From an uncultured Actinomycetes bacterium (GTDB taxonomy: Bacteria > Actinomycetota > UBA4738 > HRBIN12), in the NCBI GenBank assembly GCA_963704725.1, contig OY969934.1, forward strand, positions 2,720,001 through 2,784,000: 64,000 nucleotides of DNA. The letters are read 5' to 3'. Numbering within the stretch: the stretch's first letter is position 1; each line of letters begins with the position of its first letter. Below, piece after piece: positions 27,909-37,969 of the stretch. The notes beneath the pieces were generated by a model, which was given only the letters and a program-made list of their open reading frames with translations, was not told the origin of the DNA and made no database searches. Position numbers and translations under genes: made by a program.

Positions 27909-28082
27909 ATGGGACCCTGTGGCGCCGTGGCCAGGACGCTCACGAACCTGATCGAGATCGCGGTCGGGCTCGCCTGCCTCGCCGGGGCCGCGCTCGCCTG
28001 GCCGCGCCGTCTGCGCGTCGTTGCCGCCGTGCTCGCCCTGGCGGGCGTGACGGCCGTCGCCCACGCGGCCGTGTCGTTCTGA
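27909..28082 (+). CDS. Small two-TM membrane protein (51-57 aa), absent from the ORF track
   Basis: VARTLTNLIEIAVGLACLAGAALAWPRRLRVVAAVLALAGVTAVAHAAVSF*; start ATG 27909 or GTG 27927. Confidence 0.55.
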   Translation: MGPCGAVARTLTNLIEIAVGLACLAGAALAWPRRLRVVAAVLALAGVTAVAHAAVSF

Positions 28083-28099
28083 TGCGGGAGGATGGGCGG

Positions 28100-28714
28100 A
28101 TGGACGTCGACACCGAGCTGCTGACCTTCGCCACCCAGGCCGAGTGGGAGGCCTGGCTCGAGCGGCACCACCGTACGGCGAGGGTCGTCTGGGTCCGGAT
28201 CGCGAAGAAGGGCTCGGGTGAGCGAACCATCACCCAGGCCGAGGCCGTCGAGAGCGCCCTGTGCTTCGGCTGGATCGACTCGCAGGGGGCTCGGATCGAC
28301 GACCGGTGGTTCCGGCAGCGGCTCACGCCGCGAGGCCCGAAGAGCCCCTGGTCGCAGATCAACCGGCGGCGCGCCGAGGAGCTGATCCGGCAGGGCCGGA
28401 TGCGGCCCGCGGGTCTCGAGGAGGTCGATCGAGCCAGGCGGGACGGCCGGTGGGAAGCCGCCTACCCCGGAGCGCGGGCGGCGACGGTTCCCGACGACCT
28501 CGAGAAGGCCCTCGACGCCGACCCGAAGGCTCGCGCGTTCTTCGACCAACTCGACGGGTCCAATCGGTACGCGATCCTTCACCGGATCGGCCAGGCGAAG
28601 CGCCCCGAGACGCGCGAGCGCCGCATCGCCCGATCCGTCGAGATGCTGGCCGCGGGCGAGACGATCTACCCCACGGCGCGGCGGCGGCCGACGAAGGGCT
28701 CCGCTTCCACCTGA
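28100..28714 (+). CDS. YdeI/OmpD-associated family protein
   Basis: W..WL..HH, ALCFGWIDS, TPR…S.WS..N, VP.DL..AL, AKRPETR.RRI. Confidence 0.88.
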   Translation: MDVDTELLTFATQAEWEAWLERHHRTARVVWVRIAKKGSGERTITQAEAVESALCFGWIDSQGARIDDRWFRQRLTPRGPKSPWSQINRRRAEELIRQGRMRPAGLEEVDRARRDGRWEAAYPGARAATVPDDLEKALDADPKARAFFDQLDGSNRYAILHRIGQAKRPETRERRIARSVEMLAAGETIYPTARRRPTKGSAST

Positions 28715-28777
28715 GTCGGCCCCGCTCCGGATCGCCCGCTCCCCGCGGTCGGGAGCGCGCCGTCCTGGCTGGAGCGA

Positions 28778-29035
28778 TCAACCGCGGGCCCCTCGGCCGA
28801 GAACGACATCGATCCCGTGGAGGACGAGATCGAGCTCCGACCGGCCCACTCGTCCTACGTGCTCCACGAGCACGTCGCGATCGACGGCCACGATCTGGGA
28901 GACGTTCGCAACCGAATCCTTCGGCAGTCCCGTCCGGCGCCCGCGGAGCAGCACGTTCCCCGGCGCCCCAGCCCACCGGAGATTGCTGGTGAGCGGAACC
29001 ACCACCGTGTAGATGTCCCCCTGGGCGACTACCAC
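28778..29035 (-). pseudogene. MazF/PemK toxin with an apparent in-frame internal deletion
   Basis: VVVAQGDIY joined directly to TVVVPLTSN; GLPKDSVANVSQI retained; the W.ADL…G.RP segment is absent; only 85 aa. Confidence 0.7.
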
Positions 29036-29265
29036 TCGCTGCGTTCCAGCGCCTTGCGGCCGGCTTCGCCGAGCCACGGATCGAGCTCGGCGCCATCGTC
29101 GCCGAACACCTCGTCCATGGCACGCGTCACGGCATGTGGGCCACGGCGGAGCAGGTACTCAGCCAGGGCTTCTTGGTAGAGCTGGCTCTGGGACTTCCCG
29201 AGGCGCTTCGCGAGGGCGTCGGCTTCGCGGAAGAGGTCGTCTGAGATCGAGATGGCCGTCTTCAT
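29029..29265 (-). CDS. RHH antitoxin (MazE-like) of type II TA module
   Basis: MKTAISISDDLF..AD.LA.RLG.S.S.LY..AL; overlaps toxin start. Confidence 0.85.
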   Translation of the reverse strand: MKTAISISDDLFREADALAKRLGKSQSQLYQEALAEYLLRRGPHAVTRAMDEVFGDDGAELDPWLGEAGRKALERSEW

Positions 29266-29281
29266 ACCCGGAGTATCACCG

Positions 29282-30868
29282 CTAGTTGCGCGGGCGGTAC
29301 TCGCCGAACGCGGCTCGGAGCACGTCCGAGACCTCGCCGAGGGTCGCCCTGCGCCACAGGGCCTCGCGCATCGGCAGCAGGAGGTTCCCCTCGCCCCGCG
29401 CAACATCCTCCACCTCGGCGAGTGCGTTCCGGACGGCCTCGGCGTCGCGGTCGGCGCGGAAGGCCCGGAGCCGCTCGACCTGCCGGGCCACCTCCTCCTC
29501 ACCGAGCCGCTGCAGCTCGACGGGACGCTCCTCCGCGTCGACGAAGCGGTTCAGCCCGACCACGACGCGATCGCCGGACTCGACGCCCCGCTGGATCCGG
29601 AACGCGGCCTCGTGGATCTCGTCCTGGTAGAAGCCGGCCTCGATCGCGGCGACGGCGCCGCCCAGGCGGTCGATCCGTTCGAGGTACGCGTTCGCGCCCG
29701 CCTCGACCTCGTCCGTGAGCGCCTCCACGAAGTACGCACCGCCGAGCGGGTCGGCCACGCTCGCCAGGCCGGTCTCGTGGCCGATGACCTGTTGGGTCCG
29801 TAGGGCCGTCTTGGCGGCGCGCTCGGTTGGGAGCGCCAGGGCCTCGTCGAACGCGTTCGTGTGCAGCGACTGTGTGCCGCCGAGGACCGCCGCGACCGCC
29901 TCGAGGGCCGTGCGCACCACGTTGTTCTCGGGCTGCTGCGCCGTCAGGGTGGCGCCGCCCGTCTGCGTGTGGAACCGGAGCATCAGGCTGCGGGGCTCGG
30001 TCGCGCCGAAGCGCCCGGCCATGATCCGAGCCCACATCCGGCGCGCGGCGCGGAACTTCGCCACCTCCTCGAACACGTTCATGTGGCAGGCGAAGAAGAA
30101 GGACAGGCGCGGCGCGAACTCGTCCAGGGCCAGCCCGGCGTCGAGCGCCGCCTGCACGTACGCGATGCCGTTCGCGAGCGTGAACGCGACCTCCTGCACC
30201 GCCGTCGCCCCCGCCTCCCGCATGTGGTAGCCGCTGATCGAGATCGTGTTCCAACGGGGGATCCGCTCGCCGCAGTACGCGAAGAGGTCGGTGATCAGCC
30301 GCATCGACGGTTGGGGCGGGTAGATGTACGTGCCGCGCGCGGCGTACTCCTTGAGGAGGTCGTTCTGCACGGTGCCCGTCAGCGCCGACGCCGCGATCCC
30401 GCGCTCCTCGGCCACCAGCTCGTACAGCAGCAGCAGGATCGGCGCCGTCGCGTTGATCGTCATCGAGGTGGACACGAGGTCCAGAGGGATCCGGTCGAAG
30501 AGCCGGCGCAGGTCGTCGATCGTGTCGATCGCCACGCCGGTCCGCCCGACCTCCCCTTCGGCGCGGGGGTGGTCGGAGTCCAGCCCCATCTGCGTCGGCA
30601 GGTCGAACGCCACGGAGACCCCGGTTTGCCCGTGCTCGAGGAGGTAGCGGAAGCGCCGGTTCGTCTCCTCTGCCGTGCCCATGCCCGCGTACTGGCGCAT
30701 CGTCCACAGGCGCTCCCGGTACCCCTCGACACGGACGCCTCGCGTGAACGGGACCTCGCCCGGCCGCCCGAGGTCGCGCGCCGGATCAAGGCTCGAGACG
30801 TCCCCGACTCGGTAGACGGGCTTCAGCTCGATGCCCGAGTCCGTGACACGTCGATCGACGCCGTCCAT
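29282..30868 (-). CDS. Methylmalonyl-CoA mutase, large (substrate-binding) subunit
   Basis: [41 protein letters not shown]; Tyr and Arg specificity residues are MCM-type. Confidence 0.93.
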   Translation of the reverse strand: MDGVDRRVTDSGIELKPVYRVGDVSSLDPARDLGRPGEVPFTRGVRVEGYRERLWTMRQYAGMGTAEETNRRFRYLLEHGQTGVSVAFDLPTQMGLDSDHPRAEGEVGRTGVAIDTIDDLRRLFDRIPLDLVSTSMTINATAPILLLLYELVAEERGIAASALTGTVQNDLLKEYAARGTYIYPPQPSMRLITDLFAYCGERIPRWNTISISGYHMREAGATAVQEVAFTLANGIAYVQAALDAGLALDEFAPRLSFFFACHMNVFEEVAKFRAARRMWARIMAGRFGATEPRSLMLRFHTQTGGATLTAQQPENNVVRTALEAVAAVLGGTQSLHTNAFDEALALPTERAAKTALRTQQVIGHETGLASVADPLGGAYFVEALTDEVEAGANAYLERIDRLGGAVAAIEAGFYQDEIHEAAFRIQRGVESGDRVVVGLNRFVDAEERPVELQRLGEEEVARQVERLRAFRADRDAEAVRNALAEVEDVARGEGNLLLPMREALWRRATLGEVSDVLRAAFGEYRPRN

Positions 30869-30916
30869 GACCGCCAGCGTACCGAGGGGCGCCCGCCTCC
30901 GGGAGCGGTGCCGGGT

Positions 30917-31486
30917 TCACCAAAGCCTGTCGATCGAGCCGGAGAAGAGCTCCACGCGCGCCCCGATGAACCCCTCCCTCGCAGCCTTCGCCTTCTGCGA
31001 GAAGAAGCACGCCATGGTCACCTTGTCGAACCGGTCGCTCGGGAACGGGTCCTCGCGCGTACCCCCGACGAGCACGGTCTCCGGGAGGTGCTCCCACCCG
31101 GCGGATGCATAGAGCTCCCGCAAGGGGGTGTCGCATGTGAAGATCCCGAGATCGGCGCCGCTCACCCGCATCGTCTCGCGCGCCACCCCGGCCAGCCGGC
31201 GCCCGAACCCGCGTCCGCGAACCGCGACGCCGGTGACCATGGCGCTGATGCCGCTCGCGCGATAGCTCGCCCCCCCGTGCACGATCTCCTTCGACAGGAT
31301 GTCCAGCGCGGAGACCACGCGCTCGTCATCGTCGAGCAGCAGCACGGAGAGCGGATCCTCGGCCGGGTCGTGCCAGGGTGCCGGGTCGAGCGCAGAGTCC
31401 GACGGCCATGCCTGATGCTGAAGAGCGACCACCTGCATTCGCAGGTCGTGAGGAACCTCGGCCTCGGCACAGACGACGATGCGCAC
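30917..31486 (-). CDS. GNAT family N-acetyltransferase
   Basis: Motif A VT..AVRGRGFG, LY…GW; start uncertain. Confidence 0.8.
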   Translation of the reverse strand: MRIVVCAEAEVPHDLRMQVVALQHQAWPSDSALDPAPWHDPAEDPLSVLLLDDDERVVSALDILSKEIVHGGASYRASGISAMVTGVAVRGRGFGRRLAGVARETMRVSGADLGIFTCDTPLRELYASAGWEHLPETVLVGGTREDPFPSDRFDKVTMACFFSQKAKAAREGFIGARVELFSGSIDRLW

Positions 31487-31622
31487 GCGGGGAGTTTCAC
31501 ACGGTCCACCCCCGACACCTGCCCGCATCGAACCCCCGCGACGAGCGGGATACGCTGACCCCGAAGTCGATGAGCTGTGTCGCCGGAGCCGGCGGCCGTG
31601 ATCAACCGACGGAGGTGCGCCG

Positions 31623-32255
31623 ATGGACATCGTGAATCCGCAGGTCGAGGGCTACATCGGGTCGCTCCTGGAGCGCTACGACGAGCCCGTCCTCCTCGAC
31701 ATGGAGGCTGAGGGCGCGGCGCGAGGCTTCCCGATCATCGGCCGCCTGTGCGGCGTCTGGCTCGAGCTCCTCGCGCGCTCGATCGGCGCCCGGCGCGTGT
31801 TCGAGCTCGGCTCCGGATTCGGCTTCTCGGCGTACTGGTTCGCCCGGGCCGTCGGTCCCGGCGGCGAGGTCCACGGCACCGACGGCGACCCGGCCAACGA
31901 GCCGAAGGCGCTCGACTACCTGGGGCGCGCCGGCGTCGGCGACCGGATCCGCTGGCACGTCGGCGACGCCCTGGAGAGCTTCGCGGCCGAGGGCGGCGAG
32001 TTCGACGTCGTGTTCTGCGACATCGACAAGCCCGGGTACCCCGACGCGTGGCGGGCGGCCCGCGAGCGGATCCGCCTCGGCGGCCTGTACCTGTGCGACA
32101 ACACGATCGGGACCGGCAGCGGCACGGTCCTCGACGAGGGCCCGCGCTTCGAGGCGATCCGCGAGCACAACCGCCTCATCGCCGAGGACGAGCGCTACGT
32201 CTCCACCATCCTGCCCACTCGCGAGGGCGTGCTGGTGGCGCTCCGGACCGCGTAG
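31623..32255 (+). CDS. O-methyltransferase
   Basis: GGAGG SD; ELGSGFG.S, GDAL, FDVVFCDIDK..Y, DN. Confidence 0.9.
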   Translation: MDIVNPQVEGYIGSLLERYDEPVLLDMEAEGAARGFPIIGRLCGVWLELLARSIGARRVFELGSGFGFSAYWFARAVGPGGEVHGTDGDPANEPKALDYLGRAGVGDRIRWHVGDALESFAAEGGEFDVVFCDIDKPGYPDAWRAARERIRLGGLYLCDNTIGTGSGTVLDEGPRFEAIREHNRLIAEDERYVSTILPTREGVLVALRTA

Positions 32256-32446
32256 CCCTGATGTCCCAGCCCGGACTCTCCGACGTCGTGCTTAGCGGCT
32301 TCCCGCGGGTCGTCACGAGTGAAGGCCGACGTCTTCGCGCATCAGCGGGGTTTCGCTCCGACGATCCGCAGTAGACTCCGCGCGGTCTCGGGACGGGTCG
32401 GCGATGGGAGCCCCCGTTGCCGACGATAGGCTCTTCGGAGAGGCTG

Positions 32447-32842
32447 ATGGCGAAGCGGAAGTCCGACGTCGGGACGCTCTACAAGGGCAGTCCGGGGCAG
32501 TGGTCGTGGCTGGCGCATCGCATCACCGGCGTCGCGGTCATCCTGTTCCTGTTCGCCCACGTGGTGGACACCGCGGTGATCGGCTGGGGCCCCGACGCCT
32601 ACAACCGGGTCGTCAGCGTGTACCACAACTGGGCCGTCAAGCTGCTGGAGCTCGGCCTCGTCGCCGCGGTGCTGTTCCACGCGATCAACGGCGTGAAGAT
32701 CATGGTGTTCGACTTCTGGCCGTCGACCACCCGCTACATGCGGCCGATCGCCGCCGCTTCGACCGCCCTGTTCCTCGCGTCGATGGTCCCGATCACCTGG
32801 ATCATGGGCCGAGACATCCTCGACGCGGCGGGGATCCTCTGA
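32447..32842 (+). CDS. sdhC: Succinate dehydrogenase cytochrome b subunit
   Basis: [15 protein letters not shown]; first gene of the sdh operon. Confidence 0.9.
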   Translation: MAKRKSDVGTLYKGSPGQWSWLAHRITGVAVILFLFAHVVDTAVIGWGPDAYNRVVSVYHNWAVKLLELGLVAAVLFHAINGVKIMVFDFWPSTTRYMRPIAAASTALFLASMVPITWIMGRDILDAAGIL

Positions 32843-33297
32843 TGGCGGTCGAGACGCCGGAGCGCCGGGCCACCCCGTCCCCGTCGTCCCGCGACGGCGG
32901 GTTCCTCGGCCCTCGAGGGCGCGAGCGCCCGGCCGGCGGGTTCGAGCTGTGGTCGTGGCTGTTCATGCGGATCAGCGGGATCGTGCTGCTGTTCTTAGCT
33001 GTGGGCCACATCTTGATCATGCACGTGCTCGACGACGGGGTGAACCGGGTCGACTTCGGGTTCGTCGCCACGCGGTGGGGCAGCCCGTTCTGGAGGACCT
33101 GGGACTGGGCGCTGCTCACCCTGGCGCTGATCCACGGGATCAACGGCCTCCGCGTGATCGTGCAGGACTACGTGAAGTGGCCCGGCGCCCGGTTCGCCGT
33201 GAACATGCTCTTCTACGTGCTGGGGTTCGGGCTGTTCATCCTCGGAACGGTGATCGTGCTCACGTTCGATCCGAGCAAGTGGCCGGGCGCGACCTAG
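32842..33297 (+). CDS. sdhD: Succinate dehydrogenase membrane anchor
   Basis: [17 protein letters not shown]…QDY. Confidence 0.9.
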   Translation: MAVETPERRATPSPSSRDGGFLGPRGRERPAGGFELWSWLFMRISGIVLLFLAVGHILIMHVLDDGVNRVDFGFVATRWGSPFWRTWDWALLTLALIHGINGLRVIVQDYVKWPGARFAVNMLFYVLGFGLFILGTVIVLTFDPSKWPGAT

Positions 33298-33302
33298 ACG
33301 AC

Positions 33303-35039
33303 ATGACGACCTTCCACACGTACGACACGGTGATCGTCGGCGCCGGGGGCGCGGGGCTCCGCGCGGCGATCGAGGCGTCCGATCGCGTGCGCACGGCCGT
33401 GATCTCCAAGCTGTACCCGACGCGCTCGCACACCGGGACGGCCCAGGGCGGCGTGTGCGCCGCGCTCGCCAACGTCGAGGAGGACTCGCCCGAGTGGCAC
33501 GCCTTCGACACCGTGAAGGGCGGGGACTACCTCGTCGACCAGCCGGCCGCACAGCTCATGTGCGAGGAGGCCGTCGAGGCGATCTACGAGCTCGAGCACT
33601 GGGGCCTGCCGTTCAACCGCACGCCCGAAGGCAAGATCGACCAGCGTCGGTTCGGCGGGCACACGCGCAACCACGGCGAGGCGCCGGTCAAGCGGGCGTG
33701 CTACGCGGCGGACCGAACCGGCCACATGATCCTGCAGACGCTCTACCAGCAGTGCGTCAAGCGCAACATCCGGTTCTTCAACGAGTTCTACGTGCTCGAC
33801 CAGCTCATGACCGACGGCCGGTGCGCCGGGGTCGTGGCGTACGAACTCGCCACCGGCGAGCTGCACGTCTTCCGGGCCAAGGCCGTCGTCTACGCCACCG
33901 GTGGGTTCGGCCGCATGTTCAAGGTGTCGTCGAACGCCCACACGCTGACCGGGGACGGGCCGGCGGTCCTGTATCGCCGCGGCATCCCGCTGGAGGACAT
34001 GGAGTTCTTCCAGTTCCACCCCACCGGCGTCTACAAGATGGGCATCCTGCTGTCCGAGGCCGTTCGCGGCGAGGGGGGCATCCTCCTGAACTCGGAGGAG
34101 GAACGCTTCATGGAGCGCTACGCCCCCACCGTGAAGGACCTCGCGCCCCGGGACATGGTCTCCCGGGCGATCTTCCAGGAGATCAAGGAGGGACGCGGCG
34201 CCGGGCCCAACCGCGACGCCGTGTGGCTCGACGTCCGCCACCTCCCGCGCGAGGTGATCGAGGAGAAGCTCCCCGACGTGACCGAGTTCGCTCGCGTGTA
34301 CCTCGGCGTCGAGCCGACCACCGAGCTGGTGCCGATCCAGCCGACGGCCCACTACGCGATGGGCGGCATCCCCAGCGACGTCGACGGGCAGGTGGTGACG
34401 GGCGAGGAGGAGACGCCGGTGCCCGGCCTGTACGCGGCCGGCGAGTGCGCCTGCGTGAGCGTGCACGGCGCCAACCGTCTGGGCACCAACTCGCTGCTCG
34501 ACATCGTGGTGTTCGGCCGCCGGAGCGGGAAGAGCGCGGCGGCGTTCGCCGAGGACGCCGAGCTCCCGGAGCTCCCCGAGCGACCAGAGGGCGCCGTCGC
34601 CGACCGGCTCGACGGCCTCCGGGGCCGGCCCGAGGGCGCCAACGCCGCGGACATCCGAGCCGAGATGCAGGAGCAGATGCAGGAGCTCGCGTTCGTCGTG
34701 CGGACGGAGGAGAGCCTGCGCAAGATGCAGGCGATCCTGGCCGGCCTCCACGAGCGCTTCGAGCGCGTCTACGTCCAGGACACCGGCAGGCTGTTCAACA
34801 CGGAGCTCATGGAGGTCGTCGAGCTCGGCTTCCTGCTCGACTGCGCCGACACGCTCGTCGCGGCCGCGCTGGCGCGGGACGAGAGCCGGGGCGGCCACTA
34901 CCGGGAGGACCACCCCCTGCGCGACGACGCGAACTGGCTGAAGCACTCGCTCGCGTACCGCAACGACGACGGCTCGGTCCGTCTGGAGACCAAGCCCGTG
35001 AAGCTGGGACCGTACGTCCCGATGGAGCGGAAGTACTGA
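33303..35039 (+). CDS. sdhA: Succinate dehydrogenase flavoprotein
   Basis: GAGGAG, RSHT..AQGG, QFHPT, HYAMGG, HGANRLG.NSL, ESRGGH. Confidence 0.96.
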   Translation: MTTFHTYDTVIVGAGGAGLRAAIEASDRVRTAVISKLYPTRSHTGTAQGGVCAALANVEEDSPEWHAFDTVKGGDYLVDQPAAQLMCEEAVEAIYELEHWGLPFNRTPEGKIDQRRFGGHTRNHGEAPVKRACYAADRTGHMILQTLYQQCVKRNIRFFNEFYVLDQLMTDGRCAGVVAYELATGELHVFRAKAVVYATGGFGRMFKVSSNAHTLTGDGPAVLYRRGIPLEDMEFFQFHPTGVYKMGILLSEAVRGEGGILLNSEEERFMERYAPTVKDLAPRDMVSRAIFQEIKEGRGAGPNRDAVWLDVRHLPREVIEEKLPDVTEFARVYLGVEPTTELVPIQPTAHYAMGGIPSDVDGQVVTGEEETPVPGLYAAGECACVSVHGANRLGTNSLLDIVVFGRRSGKSAAAFAEDAELPELPERPEGAVADRLDGLRGRPEGANAADIRAEMQEQMQELAFVVRTEESLRKMQAILAGLHERFERVYVQDTGRLFNTELMEVVELGFLLDCADTLVAAALARDESRGGHYREDHPLRDDANWLKHSLAYRNDDGSVRLETKPVKLGPYVPMERKY

Positions 35040-35803
35040 TGGCCGAGCTCGGCGACGTCCTGGAGGGATCGGACCGGCAGCGGGCCGGGGCGTCTCGCCG
35101 GCTGACCCTCACGGTGCGGATCCGCCGCTACAACCCGGAGGTCCGCGGCGAGGAGTCGTGGTGGGACGAGTTCACGATCGAGGCCGATCCGGACGACCGG
35201 CTCCTCGACGCCCTGCACCAGGTGAAGTGGTACCACGACGGCACGCTCGCGCTGCGGCGGTCGTGCGCCCACGGCATCTGCGGCTCGGACGCGATGATGA
35301 TCAACGGCCGGAACGCCCTGGCCTGCAAGGTCATCGTCCGCGACATCGCCCCAAAGGTCACCGTGGAGCCGATCCGCGGCCTGCCGGTCCTGAAGGACCT
35401 CATCGTCGACATGGAACCGTTCTTCGCCGGGTACCGCTCGGTCCTGCCCTACCTCGTGAACGACTCCGGCGAGCCCGACACCGAGCGCCGGCAGTCCCCG
35501 GAGGACCGCCACCGGTACGACGACACGACCAAGTGCATCCTGTGCGCCTGCTGCACCACCTCGTGCCCCATCTTCTGGGGCGACGAGGAGTACGTGGGCC
35601 CGGCGGCGATCGTGAACGCCCATCGTTTCGTCTACGACTCGCGGGACGAGGCCGGCAAGGAGCGCCTGCGGATCCTGTCCGAGAAGACCGGGGTGTTCCG
35701 GTGCCGGACGACCTTCAACTGCACCGACGCCTGCCCCCGCGGCATCCAGGTGACCAAGGCGATCCAGGAAGTGAAGCGCTCCATCCTGTTCGAGCGCTTC
35801 TGA
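35039..35803 (+). CDS. sdhB: Succinate dehydrogenase iron-sulfur subunit
   Basis: RSCAHGICGSD, CILCACCTTSCP, CRTTFNCTDACP. Confidence 0.96.
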   Translation: MAELGDVLEGSDRQRAGASRRLTLTVRIRRYNPEVRGEESWWDEFTIEADPDDRLLDALHQVKWYHDGTLALRRSCAHGICGSDAMMINGRNALACKVIVRDIAPKVTVEPIRGLPVLKDLIVDMEPFFAGYRSVLPYLVNDSGEPDTERRQSPEDRHRYDDTTKCILCACCTTSCPIFWGDEEYVGPAAIVNAHRFVYDSRDEAGKERLRILSEKTGVFRCRTTFNCTDACPRGIQVTKAIQEVKRSILFERF

Positions 35804-35853
35804 GCCCGGCCGAGCGGTAGGATTCCGGCCCCTTGATCCGAGGAGCACCGGGC

Positions 35854-36777
35854 ATGCGCGTGACCGTGGTCGGAAGCGGGTTCGTCGGACAGAGCACCGC
35901 GATGCGGCTCGTCGAGCGAGGCCTCGCCGAGGTCGTGCTCATCGACATCATCGAGGGTCTCCCCCAGGCGCTCGCGCTCGACATGAAGCAGTCCTCTCCC
36001 GTCGTGGGGTTCGAGCCGAGGATCGTGGGCACGAACGACTACGCGGACACGGCCGGCTCGGACGTCGTCGTGATCACGGCGGGCTTCCCCCGGCAGCCCG
36101 GGATGAGCCGCATGGACCTGCTGGGCAAGAACGCCGGCATCGTGCGCGGCGTCGTGGAGCGGTTCGTCCCCGGCTCGCCCGAGGCGATCATCATCGTCGT
36201 CTCCAACCCGCTCGACGAGATGACCTACCTCGCCGCGGAGGCGTCCGGGTTCCCCAAGGAGCGCGTCGTGGGCATGGCCGGCGTGCTCGACTCGGGGCGC
36301 CTGCGGTACTTCATCGCCGAGGAGCTCGGGGTGTCCCCGCTCGTGGTCGAGGCCATCACGCTCGGCTCCCACGGCGAGTCCATGGTGCCGCTCCCGCGGC
36401 ACGCCACGGTCGACGGCAAGCCGCTCACCGACATCGCCGACGAGGCGACGCTCGAACGCCTGTACGCCCGCACCCGGGACGCGGGCGCCGAGATCGTCGC
36501 GCTCCTGAAGAAGGGCAGCGCGTACTACGCCCCCTCGGCCTCGGTGGCCAGGATGATCGCGGCCATCGCCGGGGGAACGGACGAGACGCTCCCGGTCTGC
36601 GCGTGGTGCACGGGCCAGTACGGCATCGACGGCGTCTACGTGGGCGTCCCGGTCCGCCTGTCGCGAGGGGGCGTCGAGCAGATCGTCGAGCTCGACCTCA
36701 ACGAGGACGAGCTCCGGGCCCTGCGGGCCGCGGCCGAGGGCATCCGCGACAAGTGCGCCGATCTCGCTCAGCTCTGA
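35854..36777 (+). CDS. mdh: Malate dehydrogenase (LDH-like)
   Basis: GSGFVG, TAGFPRQPGMSR.DL, NPLD, GVLDS.R, G.HG, GSAYYAP. Confidence 0.93.
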   Translation: MRVTVVGSGFVGQSTAMRLVERGLAEVVLIDIIEGLPQALALDMKQSSPVVGFEPRIVGTNDYADTAGSDVVVITAGFPRQPGMSRMDLLGKNAGIVRGVVERFVPGSPEAIIIVVSNPLDEMTYLAAEASGFPKERVVGMAGVLDSGRLRYFIAEELGVSPLVVEAITLGSHGESMVPLPRHATVDGKPLTDIADEATLERLYARTRDAGAEIVALLKKGSAYYAPSASVARMIAAIAGGTDETLPVCAWCTGQYGIDGVYVGVPVRLSRGGVEQIVELDLNEDELRALRAAAEGIRDKCADLAQL

Positions 36778-37361
36778 GCGAGATCGTCCCCGGCACCCGA
36801 TGGCTCGTCGCGGTTCGGCGGGACCCCCTCGCGCCGGCGGATCCACACGAGGCTGAGCGCCCCGCCGGTGGCTCCGAGCGCCCCGCCGGCGATCGTCAGG
36901 AAGATGCCGAGACCGAGCGAGACCTCGAAGCGGGATCGGAACTGCGCCTCGATCGCCTCGCGGATCGGCTCCACCGGGAGGCCCGACTCCGCGGCGAGCT
37001 TCTGGGCGATCCGATCCCGCTGCCCGGGGTCGGTGAACCTCGTCCGGGCGCGGGCGGCGTCGGCCACGGCGACGCCGGCGGCGGCGAGGCCGACCACGAT
37101 GATCACGGCCGCGATGGCACGCGCGACGGCGGGACCGGAGAGCCGGAGGAGGAGCAGGCCGATCAGCGTCACGAACCCGGCGCCGAGCGCGACGAGCCCC
37201 TCCCACACGTCGACGCCGGCCGTCGGCGTGTCGAACCCGCTCACCGTCGCCCACTCGCCGATGGCGCCGATGCCCATGAGGAGGCCACCCAGCACCAGCG
37301 TGACGAACCCCCACAGGCGCAGCGCGGTGGGGCGGGCGGTCGAGAGGATCTCTCGGGGCAT
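36768..37361 (-). CDS. Hypothetical membrane protein
   Basis: About four hydrophobic segments; high-GC3 coding pattern. Confidence 0.65.
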   Translation of the reverse strand: MPREILSTARPTALRLWGFVTLVLGGLLMGIGAIGEWATVSGFDTPTAGVDVWEGLVALGAGFVTLIGLLLLRLSGPAVARAIAAVIIVVGLAAAGVAVADAARARTRFTDPGQRDRIAQKLAAESGLPVEPIREAIEAQFRSRFEVSLGLGIFLTIAGGALGATGGALSLVWIRRREGVPPNRDEPSGAGDDLAQS

Positions 37362-37458
37362 GGCGCATCCTCTCACCGCCGCCCGGTCGCCGAACGAGAG
37401 GCGGCGGTAGCATCGGCGGGGAGGATCACGTCATGAGGATCGTCGGACCGATCGAGCG

Positions 37459-37635
37459 ATGAGCGTCCTCCGGTTCCTCCGGCTCGTCGGCACGCACACG
37501 CGCACGTTCTTCACCAACTGGCGGGAGTACGACGCGACGCTCTCCACGAAGCTGCGCCTCACCGCGCGGAACCGATGGCGGGCGACGTTCTCGCGGCAGC
37601 AGTGCTGCGGACACCTCGGCGAACCCGGCTGCTGA
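37459..37635 (+). CDS. Small basic protein (58 aa) ending in CCGHLGEPGC, absent from the ORF track
   Basis: MSVLRFLRLVGTHTRTFFTNWREYDATLSTKLRLTARNRWRATFSRQQCCGHLGEPGC*; fills an otherwise empty gap; GC3-rich codons. Confidence 0.7.
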   Translation: MSVLRFLRLVGTHTRTFFTNWREYDATLSTKLRLTARNRWRATFSRQQCCGHLGEPGC

Positions 37636-37649
37636 CAGGTGCAGGGACA

Positions 37650-37667
37650 GGGCCCCGGTCGGGGCCC
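37650..37667. terminator. GC hairpin between convergent small genes
   Basis: GGGCCCC-GGTC-GGGGCCC; no U-tract. Confidence 0.35.
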
Positions 37668-37692
37668 CGGGGGACATCACCGATGATCGGCG

Positions 37693-37896
37693 CTACCGCT
37701 TCGTCCGTGCCCTCGTGCGGATGAACCTTGCGGAACCACCGCTGGGCGTGAAGACGGTCTCGTGTCCGTCTTGCCAGCGCACCCGGTAGCGCACGCCGAC
37801 CTCCCCCGAGATCACCTCCAGCACCTTCCCCTCGCGAGTGGGGGTGCCGACGGTCTCCGACTCGACGACGATCCGATCGCCGATCTTCGCGTTCAT
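37693..37896 (-). CDS. DUF1918 domain protein
   Basis: M.A..GDRIVV…R.G..LEV…Y.VRW.DGHE..F.P; GGAGG SD. Confidence 0.85.
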   Translation of the reverse strand: MNAKIGDRIVVESETVGTPTREGKVLEVISGEVGVRYRVRWQDGHETVFTPSGGSARFIRTRARTKR

Positions 37897-37969
37897 CCGG
37901 CCCTCCTCTGCACCCGGTGTCGACCCCCATCCTTGCGCGCCGGCCCCGACCCGGTCCAGACCGAGGGTC

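Noticed and set aside
29282-30868. Isobutyryl-CoA or 2-hydroxyisobutyryl-CoA mutase
   Set aside because: RQYAG Tyr and the conserved Arg indicate methylmalonyl-CoA specificity
37633-37667. Selenocysteine readthrough of TGC-TGA with downstream hairpin as SECIS
   Set aside because: Readthrough gives a short low-complexity tail; the hairpin is better explained as a terminator between convergent genes
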